DNA of 64,000 bases from Candidatus Poribacteria bacterium. GTDB taxonomy: Bacteria > Poribacteria > WGA-4E > WGA-3G. A model generated the notes under the pieces. The model was not told the origin of the DNA. It did not search any database and worked only from the letters and a program-made list of their open reading frames with translations. Positions 1-9,681 of the stretch are shown one piece after another (the stretch's first letter is position 1; the number at the start of each line of letters is the position of its first letter). The stretch is from positions 3,169,394-3,233,393 of the forward strand of contig OY730443.1 of NCBI GenBank assembly GCA_963422705.1, given 5' to 3'. The position numbers and the translations under genes were made by a program.

Positions 1-2130
1 GATATTGAGAAACAGGTCGTCGATTTTCAACCTAACTATAAAGACTCGTTGTCCGAACCTACCGTCCTTCCAGGCCTCTTGCCCAATCTGCTAGTCAATG
101 GCACGACAGGCATTGGTGTCGGTTACCTCACCCGGATTCCGCCGCATAACCTGAACGAAGTCGTCGACGCACTCCTTTTCAAACTCGCCAATCCGGATGC
201 GGATGCCGACGCACTTCTGGAATACCTTCCGGGCCCCGATTTCCCAACCGCCGGGAGTATCGTTGGCACGCAGGGCATACAGAATCTGTATCGCACGGGA
301 AAGGGTAGTATTCCGATTAGAGCGAAAGCTATCATTGAGCGTGCCCAGACGGGGCGCAAAACTGAAAAAGAACAAATCGTCATTACCGAAATTCCGTATC
401 AAGTGAAGAAGAACCAACTCTTGGAGCGAATGTATCAACTCGTCGTCAATAAAACCGTGACAGGCATCACGGACATCCGCGATGAATCGGACCAGGATAT
501 TCGCATCGTGGTAGAACTCAAGCGGGGCGAGGTGGCGAAGGTAATTCTCAATCAACTGTTCAAGCATACACAGATGCAAACGAACTTCAGTGCAAGCCTC
601 CTCTGCCTAGTGGAAGGACTGCCAAAAATCCTGACACTTCCCGAAATTCTGCGTAGCTATCTGTCACATCGGCGGGACGTGATTCGGCGGCGCACCCAAT
701 TTGAACTCGCACGTGCCGAACGCCGCGCCCATATTTTGGAAGGTTATCTCCTCGCCTTACAACATCTTGAAGATATCATTGAGCTCGTCCAAACCGCTGA
801 ATCCCCACAAGCCGCCCATCAAGGACTCTGCGGGACTTACGAACTCAGTGAGCAACAAGCTCGTGAAATCCTGACGATGACGCTTCGCCAATTGACAGGG
901 CTGGAACGGCAGCGACTCCGCGATGAGTATACCGGGCTGCTTGAAACGATTGCGGAACTTCGCGCCCTCCTCGACAGTGAAACCCTCATCACGGACATGA
1001 TGCGTACGGAATTGGAAGGACTGAAAGAGAGTTATGGCGATGAACGCCGTACGCTCATTACAGAAGCCGTCAAAGACTTTGACATTGAAGACCTCATTCC
1101 CGACGAAGAGGTGGTTGTCACCCTGTCCCACGCCGGATACCTCAAACGTCTACCGAGTGACACGTACCGCACGCAGCATCGGGGCGGTGTCGGTGTGAAA
1201 GGTGCCGTGACGAAGGACGGTGATTTCTTAGAGCATCTCTTCATCGCCTCCGCGCATCAATACATCTTATTTTTTACCGATAGAGGGAAATGTTACTGGC
1301 TCAAAGTGTTTGAGATGCCGGAGGGTAGCCGCACCGCTGCCGGTAGAGCTGTTGTCAATCTCCTGCGATTGGCGTCCAATGAAAAGATTACCGCCTTCGT
1401 CCCCATCAGCAAATTTAACGAAGAACAATTCCTTTTGATGGCGACTGAAAAAGGAATTGTAAAAAAGACAACGCTCTCTCAATTTCAGAATCCGTTAGCG
1501 AGTGGTATCATCGCCATCAATCTTGATGACGAGGACAGGCTTATAGGCGTCCAACTCACCGACGGAACGGCTGACGTGCTGCTTGTGACTCATCACGGGA
1601 TTGCCATCCGATTCAACGAAAAGGATGTCCGGGCACTAGGGCGTAATACGCGCGGTGTCCGCGGGATTGCACTCGGAAAATCGGATTATGTCGTTCAAAT
1701 GGTTGTCACCGCGGCTGTGTGTTCTGCAAAGGAATCCGCTGTTTCTGAATTAAGCGTGGCGCAACGCCGTAAACATACCGTTGAAGAATTCCTGCCTACC
1801 TCTCCCTCTGACGATACGCTGCTTATCGTCACTGAAAATGGGTACGGCAAACGCACTGGTGTCTCGGAATACCGCGTCCAAAAACGCGGGGGTAAAGGTA
1901 TCCTCGCAATAAAAAAATCGGAGCGTAACGGTGCTGTCGTTGCGGCGAAACGCGTCACCGATGCGGATGAACTGGTCTTCGTCAGTTCAAACGGGTACGT
2001 TACACGCATCGCTACACGCGATATCCGATGCATCGGACGAACGACACAAGGCGTCCGCCTCATGACACTCCAACGTGACGAAACCCTCGTCGATGTTGGG
2101 AAAATCGTAGAATCGGCAGAGAACAGATAA
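1..2130 (+). CDS. gyrA: DNA gyrase subunit A, 5'-truncated at window edge (C-terminal about 710 aa)
   Basis: Frame 1 is open from nt 1 (DIEKQVVDFQPNYKDSLSEPTVLPGLLPNLLVNGTTGIGVGYLTRIPPHNL...). This matches the GyrA breakage-reunion domain and the C-terminal beta-pinwheel repeats. The ORF track only starts at internal Met 49. Confidence 0.9.
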   Translation, partial: DIEKQVVDFQPNYKDSLSEPTVLPGLLPNLLVNGTTGIGVGYLTRIPPHNLNEVVDALLFKLANPDADADALLEYLPGPDFPTAGSIVGTQGIQNLYRTGKGSIPIRAKAIIERAQTGRKTEKEQIVITEIPYQVKKNQLLERMYQLVVNKTVTGITDIRDESDQDIRIVVELKRGEVAKVILNQLFKHTQMQTNFSASLLCLVEGLPKILTLPEILRSYLSHRRDVIRRRTQFELARAERRAHILEGYLLALQHLEDIIELVQTAESPQAAHQGLCGTYELSEQQAREILTMTLRQLTGLERQRLRDEYTGLLETIAELRALLDSETLITDMMRTELEGLKESYGDERRTLITEAVKDFDIEDLIPDEEVVVTLSHAGYLKRLPSDTYRTQHRGGVGVKGAVTKDGDFLEHLFIASAHQYILFFTDRGKCYWLKVFEMPEGSRTAAGRAVVNLLRLASNEKITAFVPISKFNEEQFLLMATEKGIVKKTTLSQFQNPLASGIIAINLDDEDRLIGVQLTDGTADVLLVTHHGIAIRFNEKDVRALGRNTRGVRGIALGKSDYVVQMVVTAAVCSAKESAVSELSVAQRRKHTVEEFLPTSPSDDTLLIVTENGYGKRTGVSEYRVQKRGGKGILAIKKSERNGAVVAAKRVTDADELVFVSSNGYVTRIATRDIRCIGRTTQGVRLMTLQRDETLVDVGKIVESAENR

Positions 2131-2168
2131 GAGCCCTTAACCGTCCTGCCTGAATTGGAGAAATTCTG

Positions 2169-3797
2169 ATGAAGATGAAATTGTCCCAAATTGCGCTCTT
2201 CCTCCTCAGTATTACTTGTTGTTCTGCATTCGCTGACAGCGTTCCGTCCGTCGCTCCCGCGAACTCATTATCGCCGGCGGTTCAACAGGATGCCGCCAAT
2301 TGGGCGTGCTTGATGTGGGCAGTCTATTGCAGCGCGCATCCGAAAAAGATTCGGCAGAGCCGAACCGTTTACGATACGCTCATCGCTGAATTTGAGAAGC
2401 CTTCAGAAAAGATATCTTTTGGAGTACAGGCAAAAAGTTTCATTTGTACACAACGGGCAACCCTACGCCTCAATCATTTACAGGACATCCGCGGTGCGAA
2501 AGCGGATTGTGAATGGGCAGTTGAACTCAATCCGGAAAATGTCCGAGCAACCTGGCTCCTCTCCCGCGTCTTAGAGCAGCTCGCGATTGCCGCGATTCGC
2601 ACCGGGAAACAGACTGAAACCGGTACCGATTTGCAAACGGAGCTGATGACTACCTTAAAACGGGTGATTGAATTAGATGCAGACCATGCTGGCGCGCATG
2701 AAACACTTGCTCGATTTGCCAAGTACTTTGGCGAAACAGAACTCGCCATCACCTCGTTGAAAGCACTCACTCGCATTCTTCCGTTTGAAGCGCAATTTCA
2801 TCTGCAGCTTAGTGAATTATATGAAGACGCAGGGCGGTTACCTGAATCCATTAATAGTTACGAACGGGTTGTCACTATCCAGCCCCGAAATGCTAGTGCC
2901 AAGAACCATCTTGGGCAGCTTTACTTACAGGTCGAGGACTTTGAAAATGCTGTCACCGCCTTTCAAGCCGTTTTGGAATTCGTAGCATCACAAGAAGGGG
3001 GTTCACAGCGCGAGCGAACGCGGCGCAATGAACGCTTGCAACGTCCGAATCGGGTGACGCAAGAAGATACGTCACAGATTGAACTGGATGCACAGTTTGG
3101 TATCGGCATTGCGTATCAAGGTACTGGGGAATTTGTTAAAGCGGAGGGACACTTACTGCAAGCAATCGTACTCACGACTGAAAAGGTGAAAAAGACTCGG
3201 AATCGGGCGGCACGCAACGATTTACAGCACCGACTTCGAGAAGTTCAATACACGCTTGCTCAGGGGTACCTGCGGTTTGAAGAAAAAGCGGGCGCTCAGA
3301 AAGCCTTAACCATCTTTGCGGAGATATTAGCAGCCGCACCGGAACATGTGGGCGCAAACTACGGTAGTGGTATCGCAAATCAAGTGTTAGGAAACACCAC
3401 CGAGGCTGAGGTGTATCTCTCCAAAGCGATTGAGCTCTCTTCAACACCGCTCCCCGATGCCTATAACGCCTTAGGCTATCTCTATGCGCAGCAAGGCATT
3501 AAATTAGACGAAGCCGAATCCCTTGTGGAACAGGCACTTCGCTCTACCCCCACATCGGGGGCATACTTGGATAGTTTAGGATTCATTTATTTTAAACAGG
3601 GCCAGCTAGATGCAGCCATCGAAACGTTAGAAAAAGCCGACAGGCACTTACCCAATACGCCCGACATTCTTTTACACCTTGGCGACGCTTATCTGAGAAA
3701 AAGATGGACAGTGAAGGCACGTCAAGTTTTTCAACGCGCGCTGGAGCTCTCACCGGAGAATACCCAACTCAGACAGAAACTCGATTCCATCGAATAA
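2169..3797 (+). CDS. Secreted tetratricopeptide (TPR) repeat protein
   Basis: N-terminal signal peptide (MKMKLSQIALFLLSITCCSAFA) followed by multiple TPR-like helical repeats. RBS GGAGAAA lies upstream. Confidence 0.6.
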   Translation: MKMKLSQIALFLLSITCCSAFADSVPSVAPANSLSPAVQQDAANWACLMWAVYCSAHPKKIRQSRTVYDTLIAEFEKPSEKISFGVQAKSFICTQRATLRLNHLQDIRGAKADCEWAVELNPENVRATWLLSRVLEQLAIAAIRTGKQTETGTDLQTELMTTLKRVIELDADHAGAHETLARFAKYFGETELAITSLKALTRILPFEAQFHLQLSELYEDAGRLPESINSYERVVTIQPRNASAKNHLGQLYLQVEDFENAVTAFQAVLEFVASQEGGSQRERTRRNERLQRPNRVTQEDTSQIELDAQFGIGIAYQGTGEFVKAEGHLLQAIVLTTEKVKKTRNRAARNDLQHRLREVQYTLAQGYLRFEEKAGAQKALTIFAEILAAAPEHVGANYGSGIANQVLGNTTEAEVYLSKAIELSSTPLPDAYNALGYLYAQQGIKLDEAESLVEQALRSTPTSGAYLDSLGFIYFKQGQLDAAIETLEKADRHLPNTPDILLHLGDAYLRKRWTVKARQVFQRALELSPENTQLRQKLDSIE

Positions 3798-3921
3798 TTC
3801 TTGCCGATGATGCTAAAAATCAGTCGCTATTTCGATGGAAGAATTTCATTCATGATTCTCGCGTTGATTTACAGGCGTACTGTTATTCACAAGTTTTTTG
3901 AGGACGGAGCAACAGGATTAC

Positions 3922-3955
3922 GGAGCCCCGTGACAAGGTGAGGGGCTCCTTTTCC
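3922..3955 (+). terminator. Intrinsic terminator downstream of the TPR gene
   Basis: ggagcccc-gtgacaaggtga-ggggctcc hairpin (8-bp GC stem) followed by a TTTTCC run. Confidence 0.55.
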
Positions 3956-4032
3956 GTCACAACCGCGGTGAATTTTTATGGGCACGGCACCTTTTCAGGC
4001 CAAAACGACTTTCGCACACTTGCAAGGTACCT

Positions 4033-5772
4033 ATGCGAGAAAGCATGATACTCATCATCATCTTAGTAGTCTTGTTCACACCGCAACGTAGTAAGGCTTT
4101 CCGCTGCGGCACTTCCGAATTGATAGAAAATGCAGACGCCATCACCCCGTTGCAGGAACCTGCAGCAACTGCCCCGGCCCCGCTCCTCGCGATTGGCACC
4201 GAACGGACGTTCTTTGCCCCGGATTTTCGCAGCAGGCAATCCTACACTGTGAGGGCAGTTTTGCGAGGTGTCGGTAAATACTGTTATGTTTATGTCGAAG
4301 AGTCTGAATGGGATGCGCGCGTTACGCCTGACACCGTCACGAACATTGTTCGCGCTTTCGATGAGCGCACCCCGACACAATCCCGGGGCATCTATCCGAC
4401 GTTGACACATGTGTTCGGTGCGCCGCCGGATATTGATGCCAATGGGCGCATCATCTTACTCCTCTTAAACATCCGCGATGCGTTCGAAAACAGCGGTACC
4501 TACACCGCCGGCTTTTTCAACCCTGCCGATCAGCAGCGCGGTTTCCTTCGTCACCCCGGCGCGCGTGGACTTTCTATCCGCAGTAACGTCGCTGATATGC
4601 TCTATATTGATACGCGTCCGCTCCCCATTCACTCCCCGCATGCCCATAATGTCATCGCCCATGAGCTGCAACATCTTATCCATTGGCGACACGATGCGCG
4701 CGAAGCCGTTTGGGTGGATGAGGGTTGTTCGGACTACGCCGCTTTTCTCTGCGGTTATTTCTCAGAGGAACACGTCGCCGCTTTTGAAAAAACGCCCACG
4801 GTTTCTCTTACCCACTGGCCAGAAAACCATAACGTTTCACTGGCACATTACGGTGCCGCTTTTCTTTGGATGCTGTACCTCCATGAACACTACGGCGGCC
4901 CAGACACTGTCGCTGCCATCGTGAAGCATCCCTCCACCGATATCGACGGCATTACGGCTGTCCTCCTTGAACTCGGTTTTTTGGATGGAACACAACCCCG
5001 TTTGCCCTGGCATCGCACTGAGACAATCGAATTGGCAAAAAACGAAATTCTGTCAGTCACCGATATTTTCGTCGATTGGCAAGTTGCCAACCTCCTTTCC
5101 GGCTACAAGTTGATACGCCGGCTGACTCTGACTCCTACAGACATGCATCGAGACTATCCATTCTACGGGGAAAGTGTCATTCCGCCCTTCGCTGCTGAGT
5201 TCCTTCACTTCGCGCTTCCCAACCGAAATGAAACGCTCACGCTCCGTTTTTCAGGCGGCAATCCTGCTGTTGCCGACTGGGCAGTGCACCTTGTTGAATG
5301 GCATTCAAACACCCGCATTCACATTCGAGAGATGTCTTTAAAAACGAATAGAGACACCGGCAATTTAAACATTAGCCCTGCCGCCACGGCAGCACTTCTC
5401 ATCCCCAGTTTGCAACCCGAAGCCGCCCGTCTAGCTCCGATAAACAGCGTTCCGTATCAATATAGCGCGACACGGGGTGGAAATGTTACTTTCATCACCA
5501 GCGTCTTGCCAAACCCGGTGCATCCACAGTACTGGGAGATTATCGCGCAAACGAATGAACCTCTCATCGGGTTCACCCCGACGATTACGCTTGAGTACCT
5601 TGAGCGCCAGACTCTTGTTGAAGAGGCGCCCATGCGTCAACTACCGCGCAGCGGAAGCTATCGATATACCGTCCGGCTAGCGCCTGAGCAAGTCCCGGCT
5701 GATGTGACGTGGTATCTCTTTCTTGATGCACGGCGCGTTGAACAAGGGACTTTCAGCGATATTCCAAAGTAG
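4033..5772 (+). CDS. Secreted zincin-like metalloprotease-fold protein (HExxH), function unknown
   Basis: Signal peptide MRESMILIIILVVLFTPQRSKA. HELQH motif with downstream DEGCSDY. No closer family is recognisable by eye. Confidence 0.5.
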   Translation: MRESMILIIILVVLFTPQRSKAFRCGTSELIENADAITPLQEPAATAPAPLLAIGTERTFFAPDFRSRQSYTVRAVLRGVGKYCYVYVEESEWDARVTPDTVTNIVRAFDERTPTQSRGIYPTLTHVFGAPPDIDANGRIILLLLNIRDAFENSGTYTAGFFNPADQQRGFLRHPGARGLSIRSNVADMLYIDTRPLPIHSPHAHNVIAHELQHLIHWRHDAREAVWVDEGCSDYAAFLCGYFSEEHVAAFEKTPTVSLTHWPENHNVSLAHYGAAFLWMLYLHEHYGGPDTVAAIVKHPSTDIDGITAVLLELGFLDGTQPRLPWHRTETIELAKNEILSVTDIFVDWQVANLLSGYKLIRRLTLTPTDMHRDYPFYGESVIPPFAAEFLHFALPNRNETLTLRFSGGNPAVADWAVHLVEWHSNTRIHIREMSLKTNRDTGNLNISPAATAALLIPSLQPEAARLAPINSVPYQYSATRGGNVTFITSVLPNPVHPQYWEIIAQTNEPLIGFTPTITLEYLERQTLVEEAPMRQLPRSGSYRYTVRLAPEQVPADVTWYLFLDARRVEQGTFSDIPK

Positions 5773-5903
5773 GCGGTAACAGCAAAGTGGTTTCACACAT
5801 GGTAGCTTACCACTTCCGACTGGAAGAAATATCCGCGAATTAAAATTGATTTCCTTAACGATTTTTTGTAGAATAAAGGCGAGCACCTGTAAGCAGAGTT
5901 TGA

Positions 5904-5945
5904 TGAAGTTAAGAAGATGAAGTTAAGAAGATGAAGTTAATGAGG
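5904..5945. repeat. 14-bp direct tandem repeat x3 (gatgaagttaagaa) immediately upstream of the RBS of the BNR-repeat gene
   Basis: The motif tgatgaagttaagaa-gatgaagttaagaa-gatgaagttaatga is read directly from the sequence. Confidence 0.6.
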
Positions 5946-5959
5946 AGGATAGATTAGCT

Positions 5960-6925
5960 ATGCAACCGATACTCTATGCAGGAACCATCGGGCAAAGCGT
6001 TTGGCGTAGCAAAGATAGTGGTGAAACATGGGAGCGGGCGAGTAACGGAATTTTTCCCGAAGCAGATGTCCGTGCCCTTGCCGTGAATCCAAACCAGCCG
6101 GAGATGCTGTATGCGGGGACAGAAAATGGGGTATTCCGGACAGAAAATTCTGCCGATGAATGGCACCCACTCCCAAGTCCAATGGATGGACGTGAGGTCT
6201 GGGCACTCGCGGTTGATAATTCATCTCCGGAGACACTCTACGCAGGGACATGCCCCTCCGCCTTTTACAAATCCACAGATGCGGGTACCAGTTGGAAACA
6301 ACTCAATGTCGAATTGGCACAGGAATGTGAAGGGTTACCAATCATTCCACGTGTGACAACTTTCGTTGTTGATGCCGAAGATAGTCAGACGCTCTATGCG
6401 GGCATTGAAATTGATGGCATGCGTCTGAGTACAGATGGGGGTGAGACATGGGAAGAACGCAGTGAAGGGCTCAGCAGTTTAGATATCCATGGGCTCTGTG
6501 TTGTTCCGGGCCACCCAAAAACGATTATTGCTGCAACTAACAACGATGTATGCGTTACGAACAATATGGGTTTACAGTGGACACCTCTCAACGTCGGGGC
6601 GCATTATCCGTGGCCTTATTGTCGTGCTGCTTTTTATCTGAATTCGGATGCGGGGCGTGTCTTTATCGGTGCTGGCAATGGCCCGCCGGGCGACGAGGGT
6701 GGCATTTTCTCTACCCGTGACAATGGAAAAACTTGGACGCGTGCTGATATTGGTGGCGTTGCCAACAGTACAATTTGGTGTTTTGCGCACAACGCCCAGG
6801 TGAAGGATTTCCTTATTGCTTGTAGTGTAAGCGGGCAGCTTTACCGTAGTACGGACGCTGGTGATTCTTGGATGAAGTTGGGACATGAATTCGGTGAAGT
6901 TCGAGCCTTAGCTGTGGCAGGATAG
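5960..6925 (+). CDS. BNR/Asp-box repeat beta-propeller protein (Ycf48/sialidase-like fold)
   Basis: Repeated S-x-D-x-G-x-T-W Asp-box motifs (SKDSGETW, STDAGTSW, STDGGETW, TRDNGKTW, STDAGDSW). Confidence 0.7.
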   Translation: MQPILYAGTIGQSVWRSKDSGETWERASNGIFPEADVRALAVNPNQPEMLYAGTENGVFRTENSADEWHPLPSPMDGREVWALAVDNSSPETLYAGTCPSAFYKSTDAGTSWKQLNVELAQECEGLPIIPRVTTFVVDAEDSQTLYAGIEIDGMRLSTDGGETWEERSEGLSSLDIHGLCVVPGHPKTIIAATNNDVCVTNNMGLQWTPLNVGAHYPWPYCRAAFYLNSDAGRVFIGAGNGPPGDEGGIFSTRDNGKTWTRADIGGVANSTIWCFAHNAQVKDFLIACSVSGQLYRSTDAGDSWMKLGHEFGEVRALAVAG

Positions 6926-7028
6926 GGGTTTTATGGTTCTGAACTTGATTTTTTCTATGATTTGTGATAAGCTTTAGCCATTAAAGCATTTTAATAACGA
7001 AACACTTTATAGGAGGCACGTTTCAGTT

Positions 7029-7799
7029 ATGCGTTTTTTTACGTTTTCCTTAATACCACTTTTCCTCATCACAATCGCCGGTTGTCTCGGTGGGGGAGAA
7101 GTTAACATTACAGAGCCCCCGTTGATTAGTGAGGCGAATACCGTTGTCGTCGTGCCGTTCTTCTCTGATTCCGGTGAGGATGATGTGAATCAGCTTGGGC
7201 GCCGGATTAGCGTCAATTTGGCGAATCGATTAGAACTCATCTTCGAAGAGGCAGAATGGGTATATGACATTTCGAACAAGGTTCAACCGATTGCAGATAA
7301 ACTCGATGAATTGGGGCTTACCGTCAGCCAAATCTACACAGACCCGGCTTTAGCTGCCAAACTTGCAGAGGCATTCAGTGCCGATATGGTGATCATTGGC
7401 ACTGTTGAGAAACCTAAGTTGAATCGGACGGATTATAACCAATTGCTGATGAAGCAAGGACGACAAGGTGGTATTTCGGGTACATCTACATATATCCGGA
7501 CCCGCCTCACCGCGCTGGGAGGGGTGCGCGTCAAAATTGTGGCGCCGACAGGGGCATTGCTCTATAACAACAGAATTCGCTCTTATCTTAAGTATTGGTA
7601 CGCCTACCAGACTCAGCAAAGTCAACAAATAATCTATAAGACGGAAGTCGAGAAGCTCGCCGATCTCGGGAAATACCTGCCACTCAGAATTGCTTATGTC
7701 CTCCACGAAAGCGGGTTCAGGCTGGAACCTGAAGAGCAGATTTTGTTGAAGCCAGACCTTGTGCTTAAAGGGACTGGCGGCATCGTTGAATTTAACTAG
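7029..7799 (+). CDS. Lipoprotein of unknown function
   Basis: Lipobox IAGC after a hydrophobic signal peptide. RBS AGGAGG lies upstream. Confidence 0.55.
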   Translation: MRFFTFSLIPLFLITIAGCLGGGEVNITEPPLISEANTVVVVPFFSDSGEDDVNQLGRRISVNLANRLELIFEEAEWVYDISNKVQPIADKLDELGLTVSQIYTDPALAAKLAEAFSADMVIIGTVEKPKLNRTDYNQLLMKQGRQGGISGTSTYIRTRLTALGGVRVKIVAPTGALLYNNRIRSYLKYWYAYQTQQSQQIIYKTEVEKLADLGKYLPLRIAYVLHESGFRLEPEEQILLKPDLVLKGTGGIVEFN

Positions 7800-7929
7800 C
7801 ATTGGCGCGAATTGTCGTGCAGCATTGGAAGCCCCCGGGGAGTTGATGGCACCGCCATTTTGGAAAACGGTGGTACCTCGGAACAGAATTCCTTAATTCT
7901 GTTCCGACACGCCCGGATTCATGTTCTGC

Positions 7930-8379
7930 TCACTGCCTTCTTTGAAAAAAATGTTCAATCTGCATGATATACGTTTCACTGTGTTTCAAAAGCATCCGCG
8001 AAATATCATACATTTCAGATAATGGTAGTTCCTCATAAGGGTTCGCAATCGTTCTATAATGAGTGAGGGCACTTTCAAAAAAAGATAAAGTCGTTTTGTC
8101 AATTGCCCCGTGTTGATGCATCATCCGAAATCCGTGGTGTTTGTGAAACGAGTTTTTTGGTTCTGAATTGAAGCAAAAAGCGATAATCGCTGTGTTGATG
8201 TCTACGATGCGCTGTGTAATCATAAGAAAGCAGCTTTTGACGTAAGTATGGGTTAACCTGTCTGCACCAACGTATTCTACTTCGGTATCTGGTAGCCCTT
8301 GGTGGAGTTGTTCTAAGCACTCGCGCACGGCTGCAATTTTACCGCTCACTAGGTTTTTTGGGCTGTTTTTTTTTCGCAT
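7930..8379 (-). CDS. Hypothetical protein, possible HEPN/DUF86 (HepT-like) fold
   Basis: 149-aa ORF containing a FRMMHQHGAID segment that resembles the R-x4-6-H HEPN motif. No cognate nucleotidyltransferase is adjacent. The assignment is weak. Confidence 0.3.
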   Translation of the reverse strand: MRKKNSPKNLVSGKIAAVRECLEQLHQGLPDTEVEYVGADRLTHTYVKSCFLMITQRIVDINTAIIAFCFNSEPKNSFHKHHGFRMMHQHGAIDKTTLSFFESALTHYRTIANPYEELPLSEMYDISRMLLKHSETYIMQIEHFFQRRQ

Positions 8380-8552
8380 GACATACTCCTTATCAATTGA
8401 GTCCCTGCAGCGGCACCGTCCAAAACATTCAAACTATTCGACTGACAGGTAAGTGAACTGGAGGCTGCGATAGACAAGAAATCTACTGAGAAATTTTAGG
8501 CAGTCTCTTTTTAGACGCTAAAGACGGTTAAAAGTTTAACAATAGGAGAAGG

Positions 8553-9533
8553 ATGGAAGCTATCATCAGAACCGCCGATGGTGGCCCCGAAGTCTTGGAA
8601 ATTAGGGAGATGCCACCTCTGCAACCAACAGAGACGCAGTTATTGGTGGATGTTTACGCGAGTGCACTCAATCGAGCTGATTTGATTCAACGCCGGGGCG
8701 GATATCCACCACCCCCGGGCGAATCTGAGATACTCGGTTTGGAAATTTCTGGGACAGTCGGACAACTGGGGGCTGCTGTAACAGGCTTTGACGTGGGCGA
8801 CCGGGTTTTCGGCTTAGTCGGCGGGGGTGGCTACGCTCAGCAAGCGGTGATTGATTACCGGATGGCGATGCATATCCCGGACAACTGGCGTTTTGAGGAG
8901 GCCGCCGCGGTACCGGAGGCCTTTTTTACCGCAAACGAAAACATCTTTACCCTCGGAAAATTAGCACCCGGAGAAACAATTCTGATTCATGCGGGGGGTA
9001 GTGGTGTCGGCAGTACCGGTATTCAGATGGCACATCACGTAGGGGCGCGTGTATTTGTCACGGCGGGTTCCACAACAAAAATTAATCGCTGCAAAGCGCT
9101 CGGGGCTGTTGATGGAATCAACTATAAAACCGATGATTTCGTTACGCAAATCCAGGAGTTCACGAACGGGGAAGGGGTTGACGTTGTTTTAGACTTTATT
9201 GGGGCACCTTATTTTTACCGAAACTTGAGTCTTCTCAAAACGCAAGGGAGACTCCTGCAGGTAGGCTTAATGGGCGGGGCAAGCACGGACATTAACCTAG
9301 GTACCTTGATGCGTAACCGGCTTCAGATTATTGGTTCTGTCATGCGCCCTCAATCCCTTCCGGAGAAAATCAGCATCACGGAACGATTTGTTCAAAGGTG
9401 GCTCCCCATTTTGAAGGATGGTACGCTTCAGCCTATTATTGATACCGTTTTTCCGTTGGAACAGGCTCAGCAAGCTCACGAATATATGGAAGCGAACTGC
9501 AATTTTGGTAAAATTCTTTTAAAGGTACGTTAG
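8553..9533 (+). CDS. NADPH:quinone oxidoreductase (MDR superfamily, Qor-like)
   Basis: Glycine-rich HAGGSGVGSTGIQ nucleotide-binding motif. Length and layout are typical of zinc-independent quinone reductases. Confidence 0.8.
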   Translation: MEAIIRTADGGPEVLEIREMPPLQPTETQLLVDVYASALNRADLIQRRGGYPPPPGESEILGLEISGTVGQLGAAVTGFDVGDRVFGLVGGGGYAQQAVIDYRMAMHIPDNWRFEEAAAVPEAFFTANENIFTLGKLAPGETILIHAGGSGVGSTGIQMAHHVGARVFVTAGSTTKINRCKALGAVDGINYKTDDFVTQIQEFTNGEGVDVVLDFIGAPYFYRNLSLLKTQGRLLQVGLMGGASTDINLGTLMRNRLQIIGSVMRPQSLPEKISITERFVQRWLPILKDGTLQPIIDTVFPLEQAQQAHEYMEANCNFGKILLKVR

Positions 9534-9681
9534 TGGTTGCCGCTGTTCTCAAGCCGCTTTCGAAAAAATGTTGAAGAATCTCGGCGGGAAAAAGAACAAT
9601 TACAGATACCAACCTTAGGCTGTGAAAGCGACGCTTTAATCATTTTGAGAACCACTGGACTAAAAAAACGGAAACCTGACG

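Noticed and set aside
1695-2189. 164-aa minus-strand ORF and other ORFs of about 60 to 160 aa nested in gyrA, ftsH, the C25 peptidase and the Type ISP gene
   Set aside because: All are embedded antisense or out-of-frame within long, motif-supported genes and have no RBS or domain signatures.
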